A stretch of DNA of 64,000 nt from Clostridiales bacterium (GTDB lineage: Bacteria; Bacillota; Clostridia; Christensenellales; UBA1242), in assembly GCA_015055665.1 (NCBI GenBank), contig SVHX01000001.1, positions 135,365 through 199,364 of the forward strand, given 5' to 3'. The notes beneath the pieces were generated by a model. The model was not told where the DNA came from. It searched no databases and saw only the letters and a program-made list of their open reading frames with translations. Made by a program: the position numbers and the translations under genes. Below, piece by piece: positions 9,522-19,625 of this stretch. Numbering within the stretch: the first letter of the stretch is position 1; each line of letters starts with the position of its first letter.

Positions 9522-11288
9522 TTAACCAATTACCTTACTAGTAACTTCTTGCATAATATTTTTAATAAATTCATCTAAAGCTATAGATCCTTGATCGCCT
9601 ACAAATCTCTTACGAACAGCAACACTTCCACTAGCTGCCTCGTTATCTCCTACAATAACCGAATAAGGAACTTTCTCTAGCTGAGCATCTCTTATTTTCT
9701 TACCAATCTTCTCGTTACGATCATCAAGTTCTACACGTAGACCATAAGACTCTAACTTTTCTTTTACGGATCTTGCATATTCAAGATGAGCATCAGCAAT
9801 ATTAAGAATCTTAACCTGAGTAGGTGCAAGCCATGTTGGGAACGCTCCAGCATACTTCTCAATTAAATAAGCAAGTGTACGCTCATAACAACCAATACTT
9901 GTTCTATGTATAATATATGGAGTCTTCTTAGCACCATCTTTGTCGGTATATTCCATACCAAATTTCTCAGCAAGCAATTGATCTATTTGGATTGTAATTA
10001 GAGTATCTTCCTTACCCCAGACATTTCTAATCTGAATATCTAGTTTAGGTCCATAGAAAGCAGCCTCTCCAATACCAATTGTGTATGGAATTTCGAGCTT
10101 ATCTAGTATCTTACCCATAATATCTTGAGCTTCTGCCCACTGCTCATCAGTACCAATGTACTTATCTCTGTTGTTAGGATCCCACTGCGAGAATCTATAA
10201 GACGCATCCTCATACAACCCAAGAGTCTTAAGCATATAAATTGCAAGCTCAAGACAATTCTTAAATTCGTCCTCAAGCTGTTCAGGAGTACACATTAAGT
10301 GTCCTTCGGATATTGTAAACTGTCTAACCCTTATAAGACCATGCATCTCACCGCTAGCTTCGTTACGGAAGAGTGTTGATGTTTCGTTATATCTTAAAGG
10401 TAAATCCTTATAAGAACGAGCTTCGTTAAGATATGCCTGATACTGGAACGGACAAGTCATAGGACGAAGAGCAAATACTTCCTTATCCTTGGCTTCATCA
10501 CCAAGAACAAACATACCGTCCTTATAGTGATCCCAGTGACCACTAATCTTATAAAGATCACTTTTTGCCATAAATGGAGTTTTGGTTAATAACCAGCCCC
10601 TCTTTTGCTCCTCATCCTCAACAAATCTTTGCAAAAGCTGAATAATTCTAGCACCCTTAGGAAGAAGAATAGGCAATCCTTGACCAATCGAATCAACAGT
10701 AGTAAAGATTCCTAGCTCACGACCAAGCTTGTTGTGATCACGCTTCATAGCCTCTTCCATTGCATTAATATACTTTTTTAGCTCGCTTTTATCAAGAAAA
10801 CCATAAACATATACCCTTTGCAACATTTTATTCTTCTCGCTTCCTCTCCAGTAAGCACCACTAACTCTATTAATCTTGTATGCAAAACCTCTCAAGAACT
10901 TAGTGTTCTCCACGTGAGGGCCCCTACATAGATCTACAAAGTCATCACCCAAATAATATATAGAGATAGTTTCATCTTGAGGCAATTCATTAATCAACTC
11001 AATCTTGTATGGCTCCGACTTAAACATACTAAGAGCCTCTTCTTTAGATATCTCCTTACGAACAAAGTCTTCATTTCTCTCAATGATTTCCTTCATCTTA
11101 TTCTCAATTGCGTCAAAGTCTTCATTAGTTATAGACCTGTCCACATCAAAATCATAATAGAATCCATTATCAATAGCTGGACCAATAGCAAGTTTCACAC
11201 TAGCCCCAAACAATTCCTTAATTGCCTTAGCAAGTACATGACTCATACTATGACGATACATCATTTGCTTTTCATTAATTTCACTCAT
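9522..11288 (-). CDS. thrS: threonine--tRNA ligase (short form without the N-terminal TGS domain)
   Basis: 588 aa from ATG 11288 (AAAGGAG upstream). It begins directly with the editing-domain motif HSMSHVLAKAI...GFYYDFD, then a class-II catalytic core and an anticodon-binding domain. Preceded by a T-box. Confidence 0.95.
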   Translation of the reverse strand: MSEINEKQMMYRHSMSHVLAKAIKELFGASVKLAIGPAIDNGFYYDFDVDRSITNEDFDAIENKMKEIIERNEDFVRKEISKEEALSMFKSEPYKIELINELPQDETISIYYLGDDFVDLCRGPHVENTKFLRGFAYKINRVSGAYWRGSEKNKMLQRVYVYGFLDKSELKKYINAMEEAMKRDHNKLGRELGIFTTVDSIGQGLPILLPKGARIIQLLQRFVEDEEQKRGWLLTKTPFMAKSDLYKISGHWDHYKDGMFVLGDEAKDKEVFALRPMTCPFQYQAYLNEARSYKDLPLRYNETSTLFRNEASGEMHGLIRVRQFTISEGHLMCTPEQLEDEFKNCLELAIYMLKTLGLYEDASYRFSQWDPNNRDKYIGTDEQWAEAQDIMGKILDKLEIPYTIGIGEAAFYGPKLDIQIRNVWGKEDTLITIQIDQLLAEKFGMEYTDKDGAKKTPYIIHRTSIGCYERTLAYLIEKYAGAFPTWLAPTQVKILNIADAHLEYARSVKEKLESYGLRVELDDRNEKIGKKIRDAQLEKVPYSVIVGDNEAASGSVAVRKRFVGDQGSIALDEFIKNIMQEVTSKVIG

Positions 11289-11326
11289 ATTTAATCTCCT
11301 TTTAATATACAATAAGCATTGGATAC

Positions 11327-11547
11327 AAAAAAATCCTTATGCTTTTATTTGCATAAGGACGAATTAACTCCGCGGTTCCACCTTACTTGACTACTAAGTA
11401 GCCCACCTCAAATCGCTATGAGATTGCATAGCACAAACACTAGAAAGTGGTTTCAAATGTAACCTTCTATATGTGATCTCAGCTACCACACTCTCTGTAA
11501 TAGAACTAGTTACTTCTACTTGTCTTTCAATAACGTGATTTATTATA
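11327..11547 (-). promoter_or_regulatory. T-box leader (Thr, candidate specifier ACC) with extended -10 promoter and terminator/antiterminator
   Basis: Minus strand shows TGGTATAAT (-10 at 11542-11547), the stem-I motif CAGAGAGTGTGGTAGCTGAGA, and GAA-ACC-A in the specifier-loop position. The T-box core is AAGGTGGAACCGCGG (11370-11382 on plus). The terminator is TCCTTATGC-N8-GCATAAGGA plus T7 (11327-11359). Confidence 0.88.
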
Positions 11548-11770
11548 CCATATATGTTAACACCATTATTAGACCTTGTCAAGCGAATAGAAAAATTTTT
11601 TTAATCATAATATGTATAACGAAACATAAAAACAAAAATCATAACTACTATTAATCAATATTAAATAACAGCATCAATCAACAAAAACTTCAAGCAAACA
11701 ATTATACCTTTCAATAATAATCTATTATTGATGTATATTGACTTGCAGAAAACAATTCTACAAAAGATAT

Positions 11771-12493
11771 CTAATGCATCACACAAAGAGCATTACCAAA
11801 TACATAACGAAAATCATCTATCAAATCATCATGTTTATCTTCTTTAAATTTATCTATAATAATTTTTTTTGGACACATCATAATAACAATCTCAATAACT
11901 TTTAAATAATTAATCGTAAGTACACTATAATTATCTTTCGAAGTTATATTACTGATTCTTATAGTATCATCCTCGAAAGATATTTTTACAACATCTTCAC
12001 TACCACTAATAGCATCTGCAACAAATTTAAGTGCAGACAATTGCATGTCATCTCCAAGCAAAACATATTTGTTAACATAGTCAATAAGCCTATCCCACAA
12101 TGAATATAGTTTGACCAAACGAAAGCACGCCATTGACCTCACACAAACAATACCACGAAATAAATTTTTCTTCAAGACATAATCAACTTCTTCTTTTAAT
12201 CCTATTGCAAGAAGACTATTTATAAAAAAATCAAATACATGAAAATGCATATTTTTTGCATTTAATTTTGACCTAATATATTCGTGCTTAAGCGTGGTAA
12301 TTATGCCTTCGACAACATATTTGTTGACATTATCTATATAGTTAGTGTCATTTATTGCAATGTATACACGATTACTATCGCTAAATTTTACATCTATAAA
12401 AATACCACTTTTATATGTAGGCTTTAATGTTTTTAATATATTAATATATTTTGACAATTCCGATTTTTCGACACAAAGAACCACGCTCCACAC
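11771..12493 (-). CDS. hypothetical protein, possibly YtxC-like (sporulation-associated, thrS-linked)
   Basis: 240 aa, GTG start after AAAGGGGTGGGG. The YtxC assignment rests mainly on the conserved position immediately upstream of thrS as in B. subtilis ytxC-thrS. I do not recognise a diagnostic motif. Confidence 0.4.
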   Translation of the reverse strand: MWSVVLCVEKSELSKYINILKTLKPTYKSGIFIDVKFSDSNRVYIAINDTNYIDNVNKYVVEGIITTLKHEYIRSKLNAKNMHFHVFDFFINSLLAIGLKEEVDYVLKKNLFRGIVCVRSMACFRLVKLYSLWDRLIDYVNKYVLLGDDMQLSALKFVADAISGSEDVVKISFEDDTIRISNITSKDNYSVLTINYLKVIEIVIMMCPKKIIIDKFKEDKHDDLIDDFRYVFGNALCVMH

Positions 12494-12630
12494 CCCACCC
12501 CTTTATTAATATAATATGTATTTTGAATCAATAAAATTTATATTATCTGAAAATTAAAATAAAAAAAGTTAATGTGATTAGCCTTAACAACAACTCCCAT
12601 TAACTTTGTTAATTAATAAAACATCTAATA

Positions 12631-12960
12631 CTATTTCTTATATGGATTACCTGTTACAATTATATCAACACCAAGTCCAGCGACATTGCTTAACACAACA
12701 TCCCCAATACTTACTCGAGTAGCATTTATCTTAGATATCTGATCAAGTACATCTTTAATTTTTTCTTTAGGCACATCCTTAGATGTTTTAACAGGAACAA
12801 TCATATCGTCACTCTTGACCAAAGCTGTCACTGTACGCATTGGACACGTTAACTCCTCTCTTGCATAATCCAGTCCCCTCGGGCATTGGTTACCAGTAAT
12901 ATTATCACCATCAATATCTAATTCACATCCTCTTGGACATTTAATACAAATTAATTTCAT
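12631..12960 (-). CDS. DUF1667-type small Cys-rich protein (third subunit of the glpA-like oxidoreductase trio)
   Basis: 109 aa. CxxC pairs ([14 protein letters not shown]). Overlaps the upstream oxidoreductase by 4 nt. Confidence 0.75.
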   Translation of the reverse strand: MKLICIKCPRGCELDIDGDNITGNQCPRGLDYAREELTCPMRTVTALVKSDDMIVPVKTSKDVPKEKIKDVLDQISKINATRVSIGDVVLSNVAGLGVDIIVTGNPYKK

Positions 12961-14183
12961 ATGTCCTCCTTTATAGCAATACTAATATCCTTGCTTATAA
13001 TAGCCTTGTCTATCGCAATTGATTCCATCTCACTTGGATTAATAGCCAAGAACCTTTTTGACTTTACTATTTCTCCTGCAGAATATATTACAATACTGCC
13101 ATTAACATATTTTTTATTTACCCTAAAGTAGATTTCTAGTTCGCCTGTCTTATTATCATAATAGGTACTTGGAACAGTATACCTAATACCATTGCCGGCA
13201 TAAACATTATATTCTTGACCTCGATTAAGACCCTTAGTAGCAAGCATCCCAGCATTACGCCCAGCTGTAGAACTTTCTACAGTAACATTATCAACTAAAT
13301 CATGTACGTGCAAAACATTACCACAAGCAAAAACACCTTCGCTTATTTCTCGATATTCGTTAACAACTAGCCCACCAGTACGCTTATCTATATTTGGCCT
13401 AGTAAGCACATCATATTCTGGCTGAAGCCCGACAGAGAGCACCAATAAATCACAATCTAAATACTTTTCCGTTCCATCTACAATATTCATATTGCTATCA
13501 ACAGACGCGAATTTCACACCCTTAATTCTAACCGTACCAACAACTTCAGTTATTGTTGTATTATATTGTATAGGTATATTATAATCCTCTAGGCACTGCC
13601 TAATATTTCTAGCAAGCCCACTTGATGTTGAGTTCACTTCTAATACCTGCAAGACCTTAGCCCCCTCATAGGTTAATCGTCTTGCCATGATAAGGCCAAT
13701 ATCTCCACTACCCAATATAACTACTCTTTTACCAGGCAATTTACCATAGAAATTAACAAGTTTCTGAACTTGCCCAGCAGTCATGACACCGGCAGGCCTT
13801 GTGCCACACAATTTTATATTACCAGCAGTTCTTTCTCTACATCCCATTGCAAGTATTATGGCCTTAGGCTCAATTGTTTCTGCCCCTGCTGGACTAATTA
13901 TAGATATTTTTTTGCCATCAATTTTTGTTACAAAAGTATTAAGCATAACATCTATATTAGATTTACTTACAAGTTCTACGAATCTATAAGCATACTCTGG
14001 GCCAGTTAATTCTTCTTTAAAGTAATGTAATCCAAACCCATTATGAATACATTGATTAAGAATTCCTCCTAATCTATTATCTCTTTCAATTATTAGTGTC
14101 TTTGCTCCAGTTTCAGCACTAGCAAGTGCGGCACCCATGCCAGCAGGGCCACCACCAATTACTACTACATCATATTGTTTCAT
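12957..14183 (-). CDS. NAD(P)/FAD-dependent pyridine-nucleotide-disulfide-type oxidoreductase
   Basis: 408 aa. Two dinucleotide folds ([14 protein letters not shown] and [11 protein letters not shown]). Start and stop overlap its neighbours. Confidence 0.8.
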   Translation of the reverse strand: MKQYDVVVIGGGPAGMGAALASAETGAKTLIIERDNRLGGILNQCIHNGFGLHYFKEELTGPEYAYRFVELVSKSNIDVMLNTFVTKIDGKKISIISPAGAETIEPKAIILAMGCRERTAGNIKLCGTRPAGVMTAGQVQKLVNFYGKLPGKRVVILGSGDIGLIMARRLTYEGAKVLQVLEVNSTSSGLARNIRQCLEDYNIPIQYNTTITEVVGTVRIKGVKFASVDSNMNIVDGTEKYLDCDLLVLSVGLQPEYDVLTRPNIDKRTGGLVVNEYREISEGVFACGNVLHVHDLVDNVTVESSTAGRNAGMLATKGLNRGQEYNVYAGNGIRYTVPSTYYDNKTGELEIYFRVNKKYVNGSIVIYSAGEIVKSKRFLAINPSEMESIAIDKAIISKDISIAIKEDI

Positions 14184-15589
14184 ACATTGATATCTCCTAT
14201 AATTATTCGACTATCATTATTTTCTTTGATAACTGTATCTATTGGCTTGCCAGTTTCCTCAGCAATAATTTCCATTACCTTCATAAAACAGAATCCGCCT
14301 TGACAACGCCCCATACCAGCACGAGTTCTTCTCTTAATTGCATCCAAACTTCTTGGCTTTAGTGGCGAATTAATGGCGTTAATTATCTCCATTTCGCTTA
14401 TATTCTCACACCTACATACTATTTTGCCAAATCGCTTATCCAATTTAATTAAGTCGTTAATTTGCTCTTCTGTCTTTGCTTGAATAGTAGGACGCTCAAC
14501 TCTCTTTTTCATTGGTTTTTCTTGAGAATTCTCGTGAAGAATATCTGCCACATAATCCGCAATAGCAAAGCACGAACTCAACCCTGGCGAACAAATTCCT
14601 GTAACATTAAGAACGTTACTATGATTAGCATCTTTCTCAATAACGAAATCAGAGCCCACCACACATCTCACTCCAGCAAATACCCTAATATTTGATTTCA
14701 GATTCAAGTTATCAAGCATATTATCAGCCTTTAGAGCAATGTCTTGCAGTCCATCTCTGGTGGTTTTTGGAGAACTATCTTCATCAACAATTGACGTAGG
14801 GCCAACTATTACATTTCCGCTAGTAGTAGGAGATACAAGAACACCCTTACCATCCCTTTTGCTAGGTATTGGGAATATTGTCAGTCCATTAATATCTAGC
14901 GAGCCTTTATCAAGTAAATAATATTCACCACGTCTAAATACAATATCGTATTTCTTTGTATCAAAGATGCTAGCTACTTCATTGTGCGAATTACCAACCG
15001 CAAGAACAACTTGTTTACCAACAAACTTCTCATTATTCCCACTTATCTCTACCCCTTGCTCGGTATAATTCACATTATTAATTTTATAATCAAAGACAAC
15101 ATCCGCTCCATTAATTACAGCCTCTTCTGCAAGAGCAATTGTTAACTTGTATGGCGAAACAATAGCACTTGTCTTTGCATAGAGAGCATACTTTATATCT
15201 TCGTTAATATTAGGACATAGCTTGCGTAATTGAGTGTGATTGATAATCTCTAGACCATCTACTCCGTTTTTCTGTCCACGTTTGTATAGCTCTTCCATAA
15301 CACTCTTGTCATTTCCAACAACTATAGCACCATTTTTTACATAAGGTACAGACAGTTCCTTGCATCTTGCCTCAAAGACTTTAGCACCTTTTACATTAAG
15401 AGTTGCCTTTAACGTGCCCGGCATTGCATCAAAACCAGCATGGACAATTCCACTATTGGCCTTACTTGTTCCTACTGCTACATCAGAACCCTTCTCTATA
15501 AGTAGGCACTTTTTATTAAGGCGAGTAAGCTTATTAAGTATAGAACACCCTATTACTCCACCACCAACAATTATATAATCATATATCAT
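14180..15589 (-). CDS. FAD-dependent glycerol-3-phosphate dehydrogenase/oxidase-like protein with a BFD-like [2Fe-2S] domain
   Basis: 469 aa. [14 protein letters not shown] fold and a C-terminal CRCENIS...[10 protein letters not shown] motif. Divergent from glpK. Confidence 0.75.
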   Translation of the reverse strand: MIYDYIIVGGGVIGCSILNKLTRLNKKCLLIEKGSDVAVGTSKANSGIVHAGFDAMPGTLKATLNVKGAKVFEARCKELSVPYVKNGAIVVGNDKSVMEELYKRGQKNGVDGLEIINHTQLRKLCPNINEDIKYALYAKTSAIVSPYKLTIALAEEAVINGADVVFDYKINNVNYTEQGVEISGNNEKFVGKQVVLAVGNSHNEVASIFDTKKYDIVFRRGEYYLLDKGSLDINGLTIFPIPSKRDGKGVLVSPTTSGNVIVGPTSIVDEDSSPKTTRDGLQDIALKADNMLDNLNLKSNIRVFAGVRCVVGSDFVIEKDANHSNVLNVTGICSPGLSSCFAIADYVADILHENSQEKPMKKRVERPTIQAKTEEQINDLIKLDKRFGKIVCRCENISEMEIINAINSPLKPRSLDAIKRRTRAGMGRCQGGFCFMKVMEIIAEETGKPIDTVIKENNDSRIIIGDINV

Positions 15590-15769
15590 AGCAACACCAT
15601 CCTATAATTATTTTGCTAATTAAACTTCCCGATTATTTCCTTTACATAATTAATCTATTAAAAAAAGCTAATTATGTCAAATAATATCAATGTAATTGCC
15701 TAAAATCATAATAAATGATATAATTTATCATAATAAAACTACTCAAAAGAAAAAAAAGGAATTTCGCTT

Positions 15770-17245
15770 ATGAAGAGATACATTATAGGATTGGATGAAG
15801 GAACAACATCCGCAAGAACGCTAATCTATGATGCAGTTGATGACAAAATTATAAATATCACTAACGAGAAGTTTAAACAATTTTTCCCTAATCCTGGTTG
15901 GGTGGAACATGATGCTAACGAAATCTGGAGCGTTATGCAACGAACTCTTAACAAAGCTATTAAAGATTCAGATATTAGTGTTGCCGATATTATCGGCATG
16001 GGAATCACCAACCAGAGAGAAAGCATTGTCGCATGGAACAGAAGTACAGGAGAGCCCATCTGCCCATCTATCGTATGGCAATGCAGAAGAACCAAAGATT
16101 ATTGCGACAGAATAAAACCAAGTATGAGAAAGTATATTAAGAAAACTACCGGACTAATTGTTGACCCATACTTCTCTGCAACAAAGATCAAATGGATCCT
16201 CGATAATAACCGCACGGCACAGAAGTTGCTAAAGGAAAATAATCTTTGCATAGGCACAATTGATTCCTTTCTTGTATTTAAATTGACGAAAGGCAAAACA
16301 TTTATAACCGATACAAGTAACGCAAGCAGAACAATGCTTTTTAATATAAACACACTCACGTGGGACAAAAAACTACTTAAATTCTTCGGAATCCCCGAAT
16401 CAATTCTCCCAACTGTAGTCAGCAACGGACAAGAGCTTGCTGTTGCAGAGACTAAATATGGTAAGATAGCCATCGGCTCAATCCTCGGAGATCAGCAATC
16501 ATCTTTATTTGGACAAGGATGCTTTAATACAGGACTTGCCAAGGCAACATATGGCACAGGATGTTTTATTCTTAGCAATACCGGAGAAACACCTATCAAT
16601 AGCAAAAAGATGCTCACAACTGTAGCATGGACAATTAACAACAAAACCACTTATGCACAAGAAGGAAGCATTTTTAATGCTGGTACAGTTGTTAATTGGC
16701 TAATAGACAATGTTGGCATCTTATCTAGCAACAAAGAATCTAGCGAAGTAAGCTCTAAACTTGCAGATAATAATGGAGTATATTTTGTACCAGCATTTAC
16801 AGGCATGGGAGCTCCCTATTGGAACAACAATTCCACAGGAACTATTACCGGTCTTACAAGGGCAACTACCAAGGAACATATAATTAGAGCTGGACTCGAA
16901 AGCATGGCATATAATACATATGACATCATTAATTACATGGAAAATAACGGCATCAAAATAAAGGAATTGCATGTTGATGGTGGAGTTTCCAGAAATACGT
17001 TCTTGATGCAATATCAATCTGATATACTTAATAAAAACGTTATTAAAGCCGAGTCTTCCGAATGTACTGCTCTTGGAACTATTTACATGGCAGGACTTAG
17101 CCTCGGTTATTACAAATCCATTAGCGATATCCGCAAAAATATATCATTTGCAGAAGAATTTAAACCCAAAATCAAACCTGCACTAAGGCAAATATATATT
17201 AATGGTTGGCATGACGCAATTAACAAAACGCTTGGAGAAAAATAA
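15770..17245 (+). CDS. glpK: glycerol kinase
   Basis: 491 aa. YIIGLDEGTTSARTLIYD, GITNQRESIVAWN and FGQGCF are classic FGGY/GlpK motifs. Confidence 0.96.
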   Translation: MKRYIIGLDEGTTSARTLIYDAVDDKIINITNEKFKQFFPNPGWVEHDANEIWSVMQRTLNKAIKDSDISVADIIGMGITNQRESIVAWNRSTGEPICPSIVWQCRRTKDYCDRIKPSMRKYIKKTTGLIVDPYFSATKIKWILDNNRTAQKLLKENNLCIGTIDSFLVFKLTKGKTFITDTSNASRTMLFNINTLTWDKKLLKFFGIPESILPTVVSNGQELAVAETKYGKIAIGSILGDQQSSLFGQGCFNTGLAKATYGTGCFILSNTGETPINSKKMLTTVAWTINNKTTYAQEGSIFNAGTVVNWLIDNVGILSSNKESSEVSSKLADNNGVYFVPAFTGMGAPYWNNNSTGTITGLTRATTKEHIIRAGLESMAYNTYDIINYMENNGIKIKELHVDGGVSRNTFLMQYQSDILNKNVIKAESSECTALGTIYMAGLSLGYYKSISDIRKNISFAEEFKPKIKPALRQIYINGWHDAINKTLGEK

Positions 17246-18162
17246 TGAAAACACTTAAACTCGAAGGATACAACAAATTTATATCATCTTGTTATGTTTG
17301 GGACAATGTAGACAACCCTAAAGGAGTTGTTCAGATTATCCATGGTATGCAAGAACACGCCAAGAGATATTCTGATATGGCAAAGTACCTTAATTCTCAA
17401 GGATTTATAGTATTCGCCTCTGACCTTAGAGGGCACGGACAAACTGCACTAATTAATAATATGCCATTTGGATACTCCAATGGGGATTTGTTCTGGGAAG
17501 TAGTTCAAGATCAAATTATATTTACAGATTACCTAATCAAAAAATACAAACTCCCTATAAGCATTTTTGGACACTCATTTGGATCATTTGTTGCTCAAAG
17601 GTATATGGTCGAGAACGGTTTCAAGATTAAAAACATAATACTTTGTGGTTCTACATACACCAACAATCTACAATTCAAAGCAGGTAGATTACTCGCCTCT
17701 ACCCTAAAATTATTTGGCATGAAGAAAAAGAAGGCAACACTATTTGAGAATATTGGGATCAAGGCATATGGTAAGAAATTTCCTAACGGTAATTGGCTAA
17801 CACGAGATGACTCAGTTTGGTATAAATATGCTACTGACGAACTGAGCGGTAATCCATTTCCAATTAATTTCTACTGGTCTATGTTCCGCAATGGAACTCG
17901 CAATTACAAAAATCTCAAGAATATTCCATTTTATTTACCAATCCTCTTAATATCAGGAACAGAAGACCCTGTGTGTGGCAAAAACGGCTTGTTTAAATTA
18001 TTTGTAACATATGGTAAGGCTAATAAAAAAGTATTTCTTAAATCATACCTAGGTGCTAGGCACGAACTAGTTAATGAAACTTGCAAAGAAGAAGTCCTCA
18101 AAGACATATCAACTTTTTTTGAAAAAGACAAGCTTGACTATATACCTATCAGTATTTCATGA
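17245..18162 (+). CDS. alpha/beta hydrolase, lysophospholipase/monoacylglycerol-lipase family
   Basis: 305 aa. HGMQEH and the GHSFG nucleophile elbow. The start overlaps the glpK stop (ATGA-type coupling). Confidence 0.75.
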   Translation: MKTLKLEGYNKFISSCYVWDNVDNPKGVVQIIHGMQEHAKRYSDMAKYLNSQGFIVFASDLRGHGQTALINNMPFGYSNGDLFWEVVQDQIIFTDYLIKKYKLPISIFGHSFGSFVAQRYMVENGFKIKNIILCGSTYTNNLQFKAGRLLASTLKLFGMKKKKATLFENIGIKAYGKKFPNGNWLTRDDSVWYKYATDELSGNPFPINFYWSMFRNGTRNYKNLKNIPFYLPILLISGTEDPVCGKNGLFKLFVTYGKANKKVFLKSYLGARHELVNETCKEEVLKDISTFFEKDKLDYIPISIS

Positions 18163-18202
18163 TTATAAATATTTTTGTATAATTATAACTTTGTTTATAA
18201 AT

Positions 18203-18245
18203 AAAAAGATGTTAGTCCCCTTTAAGGCATATAACATCTTTTTTA
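18203..18245. terminator. bidirectional intrinsic terminator between the lipase and dCMP deaminase genes
   Basis: Stem AAGATGTTA/TAACATCTT flanked by an A-run and a T-run, between convergent genes. Confidence 0.65.
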
Positions 18246-18247
18246 CT

Positions 18248-18739
18248 TTACAAATCAATTTTTAATGATTTTGAGGCAACAAATTGTCTGTATTCAACGC
18301 CACACTCTGAGAATAGCTTTTTAGAAGCCATATTTGACTCAGAGCCGTTATATTTATCACTTTTGTATATAACAGTCTTAATTCCGCTTTGGATAATAGC
18401 CTTGGCACACTCATTACACGGAAACAAATCTACATATATCTTAGCACCTTCTAGATTACTGCCTATACCCCTGTAATTAAGTATAGCATTAAGCTCCGCA
18501 TGACACACATACATATACTTAGTGTTAAGAGGATTACCCTCTCTCTTCCATGGAAAATCATCATCATTAAATCCATTAGGCGCACCATTATAACCACATG
18601 ATAATATTCGATTATCTTTAGATACTATACAAGCCCCTACTTGCGTATTAGGATCTTTGCTACGCATTGCAGATAGCATAGCCACCGACATAAAATACTC
18701 ATCCCAACTTAAATAATCTGTTCTCTTATCCATATTCAC
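18248..18739 (-). CDS. comEB: deoxycytidylate (dCMP) deaminase, ComEB type
   Basis: 163 aa. Zinc motifs CHAELNAI and PCNECAKAI. Confidence 0.9.
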   Translation of the reverse strand: MNMDKRTDYLSWDEYFMSVAMLSAMRSKDPNTQVGACIVSKDNRILSCGYNGAPNGFNDDDFPWKREGNPLNTKYMYVCHAELNAILNYRGIGSNLEGAKIYVDLFPCNECAKAIIQSGIKTVIYKSDKYNGSESNMASKKLFSECGVEYRQFVASKSLKIDL

Positions 18740-18914
18740 CTCTTGTCTTGCTTATATTCTATCACAAAATATTTTTTTTGCAAAAAAATTTGTATATGAT
18801 ATTTCTTATTCAAGATTAAATTGTTAAATTAACATTATTTGGAACAATATAATATATAATATTAATTGTTAACGATATGTATAGTCAAAATAATATTAAG
18901 AAATTTAACACAAA

Positions 18915-18946
18915 TACTTTACTTAACGAAATTAATGTGTTATAAT
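18915..18946 (+). promoter_or_regulatory. candidate promoter of the tRNA-Cys/tRNA-Leu unit
   Basis: Extended -10 TGTTATAAT (TATAAT at 18941-18946) with TTTACT-like -35 about 17 nt upstream. It lies 18 nt before tRNA-Cys. Confidence 0.5.
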
Positions 18947-18964
18947 GATTTTGTTCTTAAGTAC

Positions 18965-19039
18965 GGCACCATAGCCAAGTGGTAAGGCCCGGGTCTGCAA
19001 AACCCTCATGCCTCAGTTCGAATCTGAGTGGTGCCTCCA
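18965..19039 (+). tRNA. tRNA-Cys (GCA), CCA encoded
   Basis: Hand-folded. Acceptor GGCACCA/TGGTGCC, anticodon loop CTGCAAA, T-arm CTCAG-TTCGAAT-CTGAG, 3' TCCA. Confidence 0.9.
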
Positions 19040-19046
19040 ATATAAA

Positions 19047-19076
19047 TAGTAGCCTATCCTGTAAGATAGGCTACTA
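19047..19076 (+). other. 12-bp perfect hairpin between tRNA-Cys and tRNA-Leu (no T-run)
   Basis: TAGTAGCCTATC-ctgtaa-GATAGGCTACTA. Confidence 0.6.
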
Positions 19077-19084
19077 ATATATTC

Positions 19085-19171
19085 GCTGGTGTGGCGAAAT
19101 CGGCAGACGCACAGGACTTAAAATCCTGCGGAGTAACATCCGTACCAGTTCAAGTCTGGTCACCAGCACCA
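19085..19171 (+). tRNA. tRNA-Leu (TAA), long variable arm, CCA encoded
   Basis: Acceptor GCTGGTG/CACCAGC, anticodon stem CAGGA/TCCTG with loop CTTAAAA, T-loop TTCAAGT, 87 nt. Confidence 0.9.
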
Positions 19172-19517
19172 CATAAAGCAAACGTTCTGTTTGCTTTTTT
19201 GTTGCTTTGTGCATAGACTTTATGTACTTACGTACATTGCGAGCTTTGCTCGCGAACTGGTACTCGTACCTGTATTGGCTTTCAGCCAAACTTGCAATTT
19301 ATTCCCAGAATCATTGCTGCGCCATGTCTGGTCACCAGCACCACATAAAGCAAACGTTCTGTTTGCTTTTTTTGTTGCTTTGTGCATAGACTTTATGTAC
19401 TTACGTACATTGCGAGCTTTGCTCGCGAACTGGTACTCGTACCTGTATTGGCTTTCAGCCAAACTTGCAATTTATTCCCAGAATTATTGCTGCGCCAAGT
19501 CTGGTCACCAGCAGCCA
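19154..19517 (+). repeat. tandem 172/173-bp repeat (2 full units plus a terminal 19-nt copy), each unit bounded by the last 18 nt of tRNA-Leu
   Basis: GTCTGGTCACCAGCACCA occurs at 19154, at 19326, and with one extra G at 19499. The sequence between copies is near identical. Each unit has a terminator (AAGCAAAC-GTTCT-GTTTGCTT plus T6/T7) followed by 4-5 short perfect hairpins. Confidence 0.9.
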
Positions 19518-19559
19518 ACTAACCTTACAACAACTAACTAATTATTTCAAAAAACAGTA

Positions 19560-19588
19560 TTGACATCATTAACGCACAATGTTAAAAT
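19560..19588 (+). promoter_or_regulatory. sigma-A-type promoter of orphan paralog 1
   Basis: TTGACA (19560-19565), 17 nt, then TGTTAAAAT (TAAAAT at 19583-19588). Confidence 0.6.
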
Positions 19589-19625
19589 ATTGTTACAAAT
19601 AAATTTCTTTAGGGGTTAATAAATT

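Noticed and set aside
11394-11582. 62-aa minus-strand ORF upstream of thrS.
   Set aside because: It coincides with the T-box leader (specifier region, T-box core, terminator), so it is a regulatory RNA rather than a coding region.
19074-19541. Four overlapping ORFs of 60-116 aa on both strands (19074-19289, 19191-19541, 19207-19389, 19220-19462).
   Set aside because: They lie entirely in the tRNA-Leu gene and its tandem repeat. Their internal duplication simply mirrors the DNA repeat. They have no RBS and they cross terminator hairpins, so I treat them as non-coding.
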